Of a stretch of 64,000 bases of DNA, positions 1 to 9,753 are shown one piece after another. Positions within the stretch are counted from its first letter, which is position 1, and every line of letters begins with the position of its first letter. This DNA is from Candidatus Tenderia sp. (GTDB lineage Bacteria; Pseudomonadota; Gammaproteobacteria; Tenderiales; Tenderiaceae), in NCBI GenBank assembly GCA_031416075.1, contig JANOSY010000017.1, positions 96,001 to 160,000 on the forward strand, in the 5' to 3' direction. A model generated the notes under the pieces. It saw only the letters and a list, made by a program, of their open reading frames with translations, searched no databases and was not told the DNA's origin. Position numbers and translations under genes: made by a program.

Positions 1-115
1 GACAGCAGCCACTGTCGAAGCATCTCCCCCGATTGACACTACCTCATCAGCGCACCCCATCCGGTCACGCATACTCGCAAAATACCTTACAGTCACGTTC
101 ATTTCAGCCTCCGCA

Positions 116-601
116 TTACCGCGCTTCACGCTGCCATGTGCCTGACTTACCACCCGACTTTGCCAGCAACCCGACGTCCTGTATCAGCATGCCACGATCC
201 ACAGCCTTACACATGTCATATATGGTCAGCAGAGCAATCTGGACAGCCGTCAACGCTTCCATCTCAACACCGGTCTGCCCTTTGCATCGAACTTTAACCT
301 GACAATAGACAGAGTTTTGCTCAGGCTCTGGAGACAAATCCAACTCCACATTAGTGAGCATGATCGGATGGCAAAGCGGCACCAAGTCAGAGGTCTTTTT
401 TGCGCCCATTATACCCGCAACCCGAGCGATACCAAGCACATCGCCCTTCTTGTGGTTTCCCTGCATGATCTTTTCCAGAGTGGTCGCCTCCATAAAGATC
501 CTGCCTTCAGCAACCGCCTCCCGCTCTGTCTCTGCCTTGGCTCCAACATCTACCATGTGGGCCTCACCTGCGGCATTAAAATGGGTTAATTCACTCATCA
601 T
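116..601 (-). CDS. moaC: cyclic pyranopterin monophosphate synthase MoaC
   Basis: [47 protein letters not shown] motifs; downstream of moaA. Confidence 0.97.
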   Translation of the reverse strand: MMSELTHFNAAGEAHMVDVGAKAETEREAVAEGRIFMEATTLEKIMQGNHKKGDVLGIARVAGIMGAKKTSDLVPLCHPIMLTNVELDLSPEPEQNSVYCQVKVRCKGQTGVEMEALTAVQIALLTIYDMCKAVDRGMLIQDVGLLAKSGGKSGTWQREAR

Positions 602-682
602 TCACTCGCTTATATTTTCCAATAAAAACAACACCCTGTTTGCCGCAACAAACAAGGCGCTAACGTCAGCGACAACTAATCT

Positions 683-1804
683 CTACCCACCTATCTGGGT
701 CATACTGACACGACCAATATCCTTGACTGAAACCTGATGTGCAGATGAAGCCTTTTTGGAGTCAAACCCATCTTTTTCTTTATCCATGAAGGCTTTACGG
801 AATGTACTGGCGATATCATCATCACTGCAATTATCCCTGATCATCTCTCTTAAGCTGTATTCTTTATCAGAGTAAAGGCAGTTGCGGATATTACCATCGG
901 CAGTCACGCGAATTCTGGAGCAGTTACCACACAGGCTGCGCGTAAATGCAGGTATAACCGCTATTTTACCTTGGTACCCTGGCGCTTGAAAAATATGGTG
1001 TTCCGTACGTGTTCCCGGCGCTGACTGGATACCAGGGTACATTTTTTCAATCTGATTTACCAAGCTTTCCGCACTCGCAAAATGAACCCCGCTCTCCCAT
1101 ATTTGATGTGCGTCAAACGGCATGAACTCTATAAATCGCACAGTCAAGCGCTGATCGCGGGTCATTTCAGTAAAAGCCCCAAGCTCATCTTCATTGAACC
1201 CGCGCATGAGCACAATATTAACTTTTACCCGTGGAAAGCCCATATCCAGAGCACGCCTGATGCTGTTTTGAACCTTATCCACACCTTCGCGGCGCGTTAT
1301 CCGAACAAATTTCTCTGCGTCCAGCGTATCAAGACTGATATTGACGCCTGTCAACCCAGCGTCTCTCAACCCTTGTGCATATCTATCAAAAAGCAACCCA
1401 TTCGTGGTCACGTGCACAGATTTAATGCCGGGCGTTCCCGCAGCCCCAGCCACCAAATCAACAATATCCTTACGAACCAATGGTTCTCCGCCTGTATAAC
1501 GGACTTTTTTTATCCCCATGCGCGCCAAAACACCCACTATGCGCATTATCTCATCACTTTTAAGGATTTTATCGCGCCCCTGGAAGTCAACCCCCTCTTC
1601 GGGCATGCAGTATGTGCAGCGGAGATTACACTTCTCCGTCACAGCTACTCTGACGTAATCAAACGTGCGGCCAAAACGGTCTTGCAGGGGGGGTAACGGG
1701 TTCAGGACTGGAGCAGCCCCAACATGTTGACCCTGATCAGCAGGCATATGCTCTACTTTATTTTCTTGATTTAGCTTCATAACAGTCTGACTGACAGCAT
1801 CCAT
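683..1804 (-). CDS. moaA: GTP 3',8-cyclase MoaA (radical SAM)
   Basis: CNLRCTYC, GGEP, second cluster CGNC...C, C-terminal MTQIGG. Confidence 0.97.
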   Translation of the reverse strand: MDAVSQTVMKLNQENKVEHMPADQGQHVGAAPVLNPLPPLQDRFGRTFDYVRVAVTEKCNLRCTYCMPEEGVDFQGRDKILKSDEIMRIVGVLARMGIKKVRYTGGEPLVRKDIVDLVAGAAGTPGIKSVHVTTNGLLFDRYAQGLRDAGLTGVNISLDTLDAEKFVRITRREGVDKVQNSIRRALDMGFPRVKVNIVLMRGFNEDELGAFTEMTRDQRLTVRFIEFMPFDAHQIWESGVHFASAESLVNQIEKMYPGIQSAPGTRTEHHIFQAPGYQGKIAVIPAFTRSLCGNCSRIRVTADGNIRNCLYSDKEYSLREMIRDNCSDDDIASTFRKAFMDKEKDGFDSKKASSAHQVSVKDIGRVSMTQIGG

Positions 1805-2214
1805 ATTTAATTCTCCCCCTCGCTCAATAACAGCTACTCACATTGCACGACATTAGTCACTAAAACCAAACATGTGATGTGCGCTTTATTAACAAGGCTT
1901 TTAGCGTGCACCAACCATGCAGACCATTGAAACGAACTGTTCGCTCACAGCCACATGGCTACTACTGTAATTATCGGCACCCATCTACTGCTGCTTTAAG
2001 CACCGCACCTAGAATATCCACGATATCCACCTAGCACCTAGCGTTGACGGGGCAATCATAGCGAATCGCTGCCGCACAAACAAGCCGCGATATAACCACA
2101 CAAACAACACTGGATTCAATGAGATAAGCTTATTCCGCACCACTAGCATGCTTGACAGTCACACAAAAAGGGGTAAAGCTCCTGTGCTCAATTATAAAAA
2201 AACAGTTGGATAAC

Positions 2215-3147
2215 ATGAACCTAACTATGCATAGCAGTCATTGGTCTCAGCTCCCCCCGCTAGAGATTGCCCGCTCTCACCCTTCTGTTGCCAGTCATAA
2301 CGGCAAGATCTACGTATTTGGTGGCGGCGGACCTGGCTTCAAAAGCATGAACTCCTCTGTTTGCTACAACCCCGTCGACGACACCTGGAGCAAATTCAAG
2401 GATATGCCCACCCTGCGCTCCGGCACCATGGCAGCCACCATTGGCGACCGTATTTTTGTCATGGGCGGCGGATTTCGCCAGGAGAATGGCATGTTCCGTT
2501 TTTTGACAACGGTGGAAATCTACCATCCGGAATCGGATAGCTGGGAGACTGGCCCCAGCCTGCTGATGCCACACGACTATCCAGCTGTCGCAGTTTTAGG
2601 AGAGACTATTTACATCCTAGGTGGACACCATCCTGATGCAACGCAAGGCGGGCCGAAATCTGACCCAGGCTTTGACTTTTGCGAGCGGCTTGATACTAAC
2701 GGCGGAACGTGGGAGGCTATCACACCATTGCACGTACCCCGCTTTGCCCTGTCCGCCACGGCGGTTGACGGCAAAATATTGGCCATGGGTGGCGTCGCCT
2801 TCCGCCCCGAGGGATTTAACAACTTCACCACCATAGAAATTTTTGACCCCGCCACGAATAGCTGGTCTCACGACGATACGCTTGCGCTCCCCTGGGTAGC
2901 AGCAGGCTTGGGCAGCGCACGGGTTGGCGACAATCTCTATATCTTTGGCGGCTATAGCGATGACAGCATTCATAACCGCACCGCTTACTACTCTTTGACC
3001 AACAAACAGTGGCATCAAGCAGCAGCATTGCCCTCTCCGGTCGCTGCCATGGGCGTGACTGTTTGTGATGGCACCATATATAGCATTGGTGGCTGGGCCA
3101 ACGATGGGCGGACCCCCATCACCGAGGCATTTCGCTTTACACCATGA
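2215..3147 (+). CDS. Kelch-repeat beta-propeller protein
   Basis: About six repeats of hydrophobic-GG...Y/F-D/N-P...W (KIYVFGG, RIFVMGG, TIYILGG, KILAMGG, NLYIFGG, TIYSIGG); start codon uncertain. Confidence 0.88.
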   Translation: MNLTMHSSHWSQLPPLEIARSHPSVASHNGKIYVFGGGGPGFKSMNSSVCYNPVDDTWSKFKDMPTLRSGTMAATIGDRIFVMGGGFRQENGMFRFLTTVEIYHPESDSWETGPSLLMPHDYPAVAVLGETIYILGGHHPDATQGGPKSDPGFDFCERLDTNGGTWEAITPLHVPRFALSATAVDGKILAMGGVAFRPEGFNNFTTIEIFDPATNSWSHDDTLALPWVAAGLGSARVGDNLYIFGGYSDDSIHNRTAYYSLTNKQWHQAAALPSPVAAMGVTVCDGTIYSIGGWANDGRTPITEAFRFTP

Positions 3148-3917
3148 TTGCACGGGAGTTCAGCAACGCTCAGCTCAGCCGCTACAGCCGCCACCTGCTC
3201 CTGCCGGAAATTGATCTGGAGGGGCAGTCCCGTCTGGCCCTGGCCAAAGTGCTTATTATTGGCGCTGGCGGCCTGGGATCGCCAACAGCCATGTATTTAG
3301 CCAGTAGTGGTGTCGGCAAAATCACTGTGTTTGACCATGACCATGTGGACTTGGGCAATTTACAGCGCCAGATCGCTTTTCGCACCCACGATATCGACAC
3401 ACCCAAGGCGGCGCGCCTCTGCCAAGCCATACAAGAGCTGAACCCCGATGTCGAAACCGAGGCCGTTTGCCGCCGCGCCGAGGGGCAGCCCTTACTGGAG
3501 GCCGTGGCCAGTGCCGACATCGTGATCGATGCCTGCGACAACTTTGAGACCCGTTTCGCCATCAGCCAGGCATGCTTTACCAGCAACACCCCCTCAGTCA
3601 GCGGCGCAGCCATCCGCTTTCAGGGCCAAGTCACTGTGTTTGATCCACGCCAACCCAATAGCCCCTGCTACCACTGTCTTTACCATGAAGAAGGGCTGCT
3701 GGCCGAAGAGAGCTGTCGCGAGCGCGGGGTGTTTGCCCCCCTTGTTGGCATCATCGGCAGCATACAGGCCGCAGAAGCACTAAAACTCCTACTGGGAATA
3801 GGGCAATCACTCACTGCGCGGCTACTGATCATCGATGCTCTCACCATGATACCGAGGAGCATCAACCTGCCTGCCGACCCCAACTGCCCCAACTGCGGGG
3901 GCCATCACAAAACTTAG
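3144..3917 (+). CDS. moeB: MoeB/ThiF family adenylyltransferase
   Basis: RYSRHLLL, GAGGLG, NLQRQ, CYHC and CPNC zinc motifs; near moaAC (thiF not excluded). Confidence 0.85.
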   Translation: MIAREFSNAQLSRYSRHLLLPEIDLEGQSRLALAKVLIIGAGGLGSPTAMYLASSGVGKITVFDHDHVDLGNLQRQIAFRTHDIDTPKAARLCQAIQELNPDVETEAVCRRAEGQPLLEAVASADIVIDACDNFETRFAISQACFTSNTPSVSGAAIRFQGQVTVFDPRQPNSPCYHCLYHEEGLLAEESCRERGVFAPLVGIIGSIQAAEALKLLLGIGQSLTARLLIIDALTMIPRSINLPADPNCPNCGGHHKT

Positions 3918-4005
3918 CTTTGCAATTGCTTCTGTTTGACTTAGAATAGCGCCCCTTTGTTGTATTCAGCGTGAATTTAACTTTTAATTTAGGAAACGAA
4001 TATTT

Positions 4006-4221
4006 ATGCCATCGGTACGCCTCAGAGAAAACGAACCGTTTGAAGTTGCAATGCGCCGCTTCAAGCGTACCTGCGAAAAGGCTGGCATTCTGGCCGAAAT
4101 CCGTAGCCGTGAATTCTATGAAAAACCCACTGCCATTCGCAAGCGCAAAGCTGCTGCTGCTGTCAAGCGCCAGCACAAGAAGGTAATGCGTGATATTTCT
4201 CAGCGTAAACGCCTCTATTAA
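4006..4221 (+). CDS. rpsU: 30S ribosomal protein S21
   Basis: [29 protein letters not shown]. Confidence 0.98.
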   Translation: MPSVRLRENEPFEVAMRRFKRTCEKAGILAEIRSREFYEKPTAIRKRKAAAAVKRQHKKVMRDISQRKRLY

Positions 4222-4248
4222 GACTCGCTCTAGTCGGCAGCCACTCCT

Positions 4249-4704
4249 GTGACCACACTCAGAGAGCGCCTCAAAGAAGAGATGAAGACCGCCATGCGCG
4301 CCAAAGAGAAGGTGCGCCTGGGGGTCATTCGCCTCGTTTTAGCGGCTATTCAGCAGAAAGAGATTGATGAACGCGTCACGCTGGATAGCGACGATGCAAT
4401 TACCGCCGTCATTGACAAAATGATCAAACAGCGTCGCGATTCCATTACTCAATACCAAAATGCCCAACGTCAAGATCTGGTAGATGTTGAACAGCACGAG
4501 CTGGTGCTCCTTATGGAGTACATGCCTAAACAGCTGAGCACGGTCGAAATCGAGGCGGAACTTGCCGACATCATCGCCAGCACGGGGGCCGCTGGCCCAC
4601 AAGACATCGGCAAAGTGATGGGGGCCGCCAAGGGCAAGTTCCAAGGCCGTGCCGACATGGGGCAGGTCAACCAACTGGTTAAAAGCACACTCGCCGCACT
4701 TTAA
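4249..4704 (+). CDS. GatB/YqeY domain protein
   Basis: MKTAMRAKEK, KQRRDSI..Y, GKVMG; usual position between rpsU and dnaG. Confidence 0.93.
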   Translation: MTTLRERLKEEMKTAMRAKEKVRLGVIRLVLAAIQQKEIDERVTLDSDDAITAVIDKMIKQRRDSITQYQNAQRQDLVDVEQHELVLLMEYMPKQLSTVEIEAELADIIASTGAAGPQDIGKVMGAAKGKFQGRADMGQVNQLVKSTLAAL

Positions 4705-4761
4705 TACCGCCGCCATCACGGCTACACTGACGGCACTCACTGCAACCCTGAAGAGACCAGC

Positions 4762-6549
4762 ATGGCCGGTCGCATCCCGCAACACTTCATAGATGAACTT
4801 CTAAATCGTATCGATATTGTCGATCTGATCGATAGCCGCGTCCCATTACGCAAAGCCGGGCGTGATTTCCAGGCCCGCTGCCCCTTCCATGAGGAAAAAA
4901 GTCCCTCTTTCACAGTCAGCCAGACCAAGCAGTTCTACCACTGCTTCGGCTGCGGTGCCCACGGCAGCGCCATCAGCTTTTTAATGGAGCATGATCACCT
5001 GGATTTTATCGAGGCCATTAAAGAGCTGGCCGACAAAGCAGGCGTTGTGCTGCCCTCCGCCGAGGAAGAGCACACTTACAAAGCCATCGACAAAGATCTC
5101 TATGGCGTTATGGAGGAGGCCTGCAACTTCTATCGCCAGCAGTTACGCAGCCACACCGACGGCCCTAAAGCGGTGGAATACCTCAAAGGACGAGGCCTCA
5201 CCGGCCAGATCGCCAACGACTTTGGCATCGGCTTCGCCCCGCCCGGCTGGGACAGTCTGCTCAAAACCGCGGGCGGTTCGCGTCAGCGAGAAGCCCAGCT
5301 GGCGACCACCGGCATGGCCATTACCAAAGAGGACGGACGGCACTACGACCGTTTTCGCAATCGCATCATGTTTCCGATCCGCGACCGCCGCGGCCGCATC
5401 ATCGCCTTTGGCGGACGCGTGATCGACAAGAATGACACCCCCAAATACCTCAACTCCCCCGAGTCGCCCCTATTCCACAAAGGAAAAGAGCTTTACGGAC
5501 TTTACGAGGCGCGCCAGGCACAGCGCCAAATCGACCGTCTGTTGGTCGTGGAGGGCTACATGGACGTAGTGGCTCTGGCTCAACACGGCATCTGTTATGC
5601 CGTCGCTACCCTGGGCACCGCGCTGACAACCGACCACATTGCCCCCCTCTACCGCACCACACAAGAGGTGGTTTTCTGCTTTGACGGCGACCGTGCCGGA
5701 CGTGACGCCGCCTGGAAGGCCCTCGACATCATGCTGCCGGAGCTGAACGAGGGACGTACTGCCCGTTTTATGTTCCTGGCTGACGGTGAAGACCCTGACA
5801 CCCTGGTGCGTAAAATTGGCCAGGAGGCCTTTGAGCTGGAAATCAAAAATGCTGTTCCACTCTCCACCTTCCTGCTCGACAATCTATTGCAGCAGGTCGA
5901 CATGGGCGCTATCGACGGACGGGCCCGTCTGGTTGAGCTTGTCCGACCCAAACTGGCCAAGATCAACAATGCGGTGTTCAGACGCATGCTGATCAACGCA
6001 CTGGCCACCCGCATCCACATCAACGCCCAAGAGCTATTACAGCTACTGGGCGAGAAGTCAGCGCCCATCAATCAGACAAAACGACCTCGTCAGCAACAGC
6101 ACAACATCGAGTCACGCAAACTCTCCCCTATCCGCACCGCCATCACGCTACTGCTAAACCACCCGAGTCTGGCGCAATCTGCCGGTGATCCCCAGCGATA
6201 TCTCCAACTCACGGAACCCGGGATACGGCTTTTGGTCGAACTCCTTGAACTTGCCCGCAACAATCCCCATATCAACTGCGGCACTATTTTAGAAAGGTGG
6301 CGAGACCGCCCTGAGGGCAAACACCTAAGCAAGCTAGCCAGCGCCCCTGTTTACCACACGACCAATGAGGGGCTGGAGATGGAGTTCCATGACACATTGA
6401 GGCTACTCGACCGGCAACGTGTGGAACAGGAACATGAACGACTCAGGCGCAAAAGCGAAACCGGCCCACTCAGCCAAGAGGAAAAACGTAAATTCACACA
6501 GCTCTTATCCGAGAAACACGCCTTGGCACAACCCAGCAACAACCGCTAA
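4762..6549 (+). CDS. dnaG: DNA primase
   Basis: CHC2 zinc finger CPFH..CFGC, KYLNSPE, TOPRIM EGYMDV and FDGD, DPD. Confidence 0.98.
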   Translation: MAGRIPQHFIDELLNRIDIVDLIDSRVPLRKAGRDFQARCPFHEEKSPSFTVSQTKQFYHCFGCGAHGSAISFLMEHDHLDFIEAIKELADKAGVVLPSAEEEHTYKAIDKDLYGVMEEACNFYRQQLRSHTDGPKAVEYLKGRGLTGQIANDFGIGFAPPGWDSLLKTAGGSRQREAQLATTGMAITKEDGRHYDRFRNRIMFPIRDRRGRIIAFGGRVIDKNDTPKYLNSPESPLFHKGKELYGLYEARQAQRQIDRLLVVEGYMDVVALAQHGICYAVATLGTALTTDHIAPLYRTTQEVVFCFDGDRAGRDAAWKALDIMLPELNEGRTARFMFLADGEDPDTLVRKIGQEAFELEIKNAVPLSTFLLDNLLQQVDMGAIDGRARLVELVRPKLAKINNAVFRRMLINALATRIHINAQELLQLLGEKSAPINQTKRPRQQQHNIESRKLSPIRTAITLLLNHPSLAQSAGDPQRYLQLTEPGIRLLVELLELARNNPHINCGTILERWRDRPEGKHLSKLASAPVYHTTNEGLEMEFHDTLRLLDRQRVEQEHERLRRKSETGPLSQEEKRKFTQLLSEKHALAQPSNNR

Positions 6550-6679
6550 CCTCTGCGTGCTCAACAACCCTCGGCGGAGAAAAGTGAGCATGCCTACTGA
6601 TTTTGATATAGAATGATCGGCTATTTTTTGGCCGTCCAGTGATCTTTCGACATCCACGAACGTGAGACTTTAGAGATAT

Positions 6680-8527
6680 ATGAGCCGCGAGCAACAAGAA
6701 TCACAGATCAAATTACTCATCGCCAAAGGGAAGGAGCAAGGCTACCTAACCTATCGCGAGGTCAACGACCATCTGCCTGATGAGATCGTCGATCCTGAGC
6801 AGATCGAAGACATCGTCAACATGATCAATGATATGGGCATACCCGTCCATGAGGTTGCTCCCGACGCCGACAGTCTGATTCTCTCTGACAATGCGGTCAC
6901 CGATGATGACGCCGCTGACGAAGCGGCCGCCACTCTCGCCACCGTTGACATCGAGTTTGGCCGTACCACCGACCCTGTCCGTATGTATATGCGTGAAATG
7001 GGCACAGTGGAGCTATTAACACGTGAAGGCGAAATCAAAATCGCCAAACGCATCGAAGACGGGCTACTCCAGGTCAATAGCGCACTCGCCAGCCACAGCA
7101 ACAGCATTAGCCGCCTGCTCGAAGAGTACGATCGTGTCGCTGCGGGCGAAGCACGTCTCGCCGAAATTATCCGCGGTTTCATTGATCCCAATGCGGGTGA
7201 CAATGACGAGCTGCCCGTACCCGTCATCCCCACCAGCACAGCTGCCAGCAAAAACAGTGACGATGATTCGGATGAAGATAGCGACGACTCCTCCGATGAA
7301 GCCAGCACCGATACGGGGCCGGATCCGGAAGAGGCGCGCCTGCGCATGGTGGCGCTGTCCGAGCTATACGACAAATATAAAGCCACACTCAAAAAACATG
7401 GTTTGGATGATGGCAAACTCGCACCACTACGCCAACAGATGGCCGACGCATTTTTGGAGTTCAAGCTCGCTCCCCAGTTTAACGACAGGCTGGTCAATGA
7501 GCTGCGCGACATCATCGAACGGATTCGCAGCCACGAACGTATCATCATGGACATCTGTGTCGAACAGGCACACATGCCACGTAAAGAGTTCATCACCTCT
7601 TTCCCTGACAACGAAACCAATCTCGACTGGTTGGATCAGCAGATCAAGTCGAAAAAGAGCTTTGCCAATATTCTCAAAGAGCATGAAGAGGATATCCGCA
7701 ATGCCCAACGTCAACTGATCAGCATTCAGAACCAGTGCGGTCTCACCATATCCAGCATCAAGGATATAAACCGCAAAATCTCCGTTGGTGAGGCCAAAGC
7801 CCGCCGCGCCAAAAAAGAGATGGTCGAAGCTAACTTACGTCTGGTTATCTCCATTGCCAAAAAATATACCAACCGCGGCCTGCAGTTCCTCGACCTGATC
7901 CAGGAAGGCAACATCGGCTTGATGAAGGCAGTCGACAAGTTTGAATACCGTCGCGGTTACAAATTCTCAACCTATGCAACATGGTGGATTCGTCAGGCGA
8001 TCACCCGCTCGATTGCTGACCAGGCACGCACCATCCGTATTCCGGTGCACATGATCGAGACCATCAACAAGCTCAACCGCATCTCACGCCAGATGTTGCA
8101 GGAGATGGGCCGCGAAGCGACCCCGGAAGAGCTGGCCGTGCGCATGGAGATGCCTGAAGACAAGATCCGCAAAGTGCTCAAAATCGCCAAAGAGCCCATC
8201 TCCATGGAGACACCCATCGGCGACGACGAAGACTCCCATCTGGGTGACTTCATCGAAGACAGCAACGTCTTGGCGCCACCGGAGTCAGCAACCATTGAAG
8301 GGCTCAAAGAGGCCACGCAAGAGGTTTTGGAAAGCCTTACCGCGCGCGAAGCCAAAGTACTGCGCATGCGTTTTGGTATCGACATGAATACCGACCACAC
8401 GCTTGAAGAGGTTGGCAAACAGTTTGACGTCACTCGCGAACGTATTCGTCAGATAGAGGCCAAGGCACTGCGCAAACTGCGCCACCCGACCCGCTCGGAA
8501 AACCTTCGCAGCTTCTTGCAAGACTAA
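6680..8527 (+). CDS. rpoD: RNA polymerase primary sigma factor RpoD
   Basis: [39 protein letters not shown], region 4 TRERIRQIE. Confidence 0.99.
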   Translation: MSREQQESQIKLLIAKGKEQGYLTYREVNDHLPDEIVDPEQIEDIVNMINDMGIPVHEVAPDADSLILSDNAVTDDDAADEAAATLATVDIEFGRTTDPVRMYMREMGTVELLTREGEIKIAKRIEDGLLQVNSALASHSNSISRLLEEYDRVAAGEARLAEIIRGFIDPNAGDNDELPVPVIPTSTAASKNSDDDSDEDSDDSSDEASTDTGPDPEEARLRMVALSELYDKYKATLKKHGLDDGKLAPLRQQMADAFLEFKLAPQFNDRLVNELRDIIERIRSHERIIMDICVEQAHMPRKEFITSFPDNETNLDWLDQQIKSKKSFANILKEHEEDIRNAQRQLISIQNQCGLTISSIKDINRKISVGEAKARRAKKEMVEANLRLVISIAKKYTNRGLQFLDLIQEGNIGLMKAVDKFEYRRGYKFSTYATWWIRQAITRSIADQARTIRIPVHMIETINKLNRISRQMLQEMGREATPEELAVRMEMPEDKIRKVLKIAKEPISMETPIGDDEDSHLGDFIEDSNVLAPPESATIEGLKEATQEVLESLTAREAKVLRMRFGIDMNTDHTLEEVGKQFDVTRERIRQIEAKALRKLRHPTRSENLRSFLQD

Positions 8528-8531
8528 AAAC

Positions 8532-8573
8532 AAAATACCCGCCGCATCCAATAGATGCGGCGGGTATTTTTTT
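8532..8573 (+). terminator. Rho-independent terminator of the rpoD operon
   Basis: AAAATACCCGCCGCATC-caata-GATGCGGCGGGTATTTT followed by further T residues. Confidence 0.9.
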
Positions 8574-8642
8574 CAGTAGCAGATACACAGTGTACCTAGC
8601 GAGCAAACACTGCACAGGTTATACTGCACGGCACAAATTAAA

Positions 8643-8719
<77 letters not shown>

Positions 8720-8723
8720 ACTA

Positions 8724-8795
8724 TATCAATTAGTTACAAACACCTTCCAGCTTTTAGAATTCTAAAATTTTCCCGTGTAGACACGGTGTAGACAC
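8724..8795 (+). promoter_or_regulatory. att-like region: IHF consensus plus tandem 10-bp direct repeats (putative integrase arm sites)
   Basis: TATCAA-TTAG-TTA (8724-8736) matches WATCAANNNNTTR; GTGTAGACAC at 8775-8784 and 8786-8795. Confidence 0.6.
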
Positions 8796-8902
8796 TCCAT
8801 GAAGCGCTCTCCCCCCTGACCAACAGCTAACACTAATTTCCATAACCTCTCAGCTCGCCAATCAGCTTGATAAATTCGCGGCCATACCTGAGTATATACA
8901 CG

Positions 8903-8967
8903 AACAAAACCCGCCAAGCCTCTGCCTTATCATGAGGGAACGCTCAAACCGGTGGGTTACTTTTTTC
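8903..8967 (+). ncRNA. abi-associated structured RNA, copy A (divergent)
   Basis: Stem AACCCGCC/GGTGGGTT, shared GCCTCT and GGAA.CGC, tail TTACTTTTTTC identical to copy C. Confidence 0.55.
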
Positions 8968-9063
8968 AACCCCTTATCCATAAACCAGCCAAACATAAAT
9001 ATGCTCACCTAATTAAGTTCGGTAAGATTAAGTTGGCTATGAAACGTGGCCGCTAATATTCAT

Positions 9064-9099
9064 AACAACACCCCTCACGCCTCTCCATGGAAGCGCACC
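9064..9099 (+). ncRNA. abi-associated structured RNA, copy B (3'-truncated)
   Basis: 34/36 identical to 9686-9721; lies just before the abi pseudogene. Confidence 0.5.
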
Positions 9100-9138
9100 C
9101 CCTACACCAAGCTCACGCTACAAGCTCAACTTGAGCAG

Positions 9139-9430
9139 CTGGGTGCATATTGGCTCCCCTTTGAGCATGACCACGCCAACCACCGCACCAGCACCAGTTT
9201 TGAGTAAATCCTGAAGCTTTACGACTTTGACCGGGGTTTACGACTCTTGATCATGGATGCCGTGAAGCGCATTGAGTATCCATCCGTGCCAAACTGGCTT
9301 ATGTGTTGGGCCATAAATACAACCCACACCTTAACCACTCAATCTATTTTGATCCCATCGAATATGAACGCTCCATCACCTATCTGGAACAAGAGGTTGA
9401 ACACACTAATGAAGAGTTCATCAATCACTT
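9139..9430 (+). pseudogene. decayed Abi_2/AbiF paralog
   Basis: LGAYWLPFEHDH, in-frame TAA at 9205, LYDFDRGLRLLIMDAVKRIE, frameshift, then SIRAKLAYVLGHKYNPH...EEFINH; collinear with the intact gene at 9754. Confidence 0.85.
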
Positions 9431-9650
9431 ACAAAATCCCACCAAAAACGGTCTTTTTCATATAAACAGTTACTGGGGATGGGTCTTTCCACTTAAATAA
9501 CACTGTCTATCCTTAAACTCCCCAAGCTGTCTTGAACAGACTAATTCAGTATTTTCTAATGCCCCGTAGTCAATGTTAAAAATGTCATTTGCTATTCACA
9601 ACACTATTTAGGTATGTTTGGGGTAGCTGGGGGCAGCTAATAATAAAAAC

Positions 9651-9679
9651 TTGAGGCGCGGGGAATAATGGACGATACT
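9651..9679 (+). promoter_or_regulatory. sigma70 promoter for the RNA-abi transcript
   Basis: TTGAGG-17 nt-GATACT; predicted start near 9685-9686 coincides with the 5' end of RNA copy C. Confidence 0.6.
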
Positions 9680-9685
9680 ATTTGC

Positions 9686-9740
9686 AACAACACCCCCCAC
9701 GCCTCTCCACGGAAGCGCACCATGGGGGGTTACTTTTTTC
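9686..9740 (+). ncRNA. abi-associated structured RNA, copy C (candidate abiF-motif RNA antitoxin)
   Basis: Stem ACCCCCCA/TGGGGGGT plus T-tract, between the promoter and the abi start. Confidence 0.62.
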
Positions 9741-9753
9741 TGGGGGCTGGAAA

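Noticed and set aside
1805-2150. Moco riboswitch or ModE box upstream of moaA; short CACCTAG/ATATCCAC repeats
   Set aside because: No recognisable consensus, and the repeats are too short to support a call.
8903-9740. CRISPR array interpretation of the 36-bp repeats
   Set aside because: Only three copies, start-to-start spacings of 161 and 622 bp, one interval is an abi pseudogene, and there are no cas genes.
9682-9753. N-terminal extension of the Abi ORF
   Set aside because: It overlaps the predicted transcription start and the RNA hairpin; family-like sequence begins at TTG 9754.
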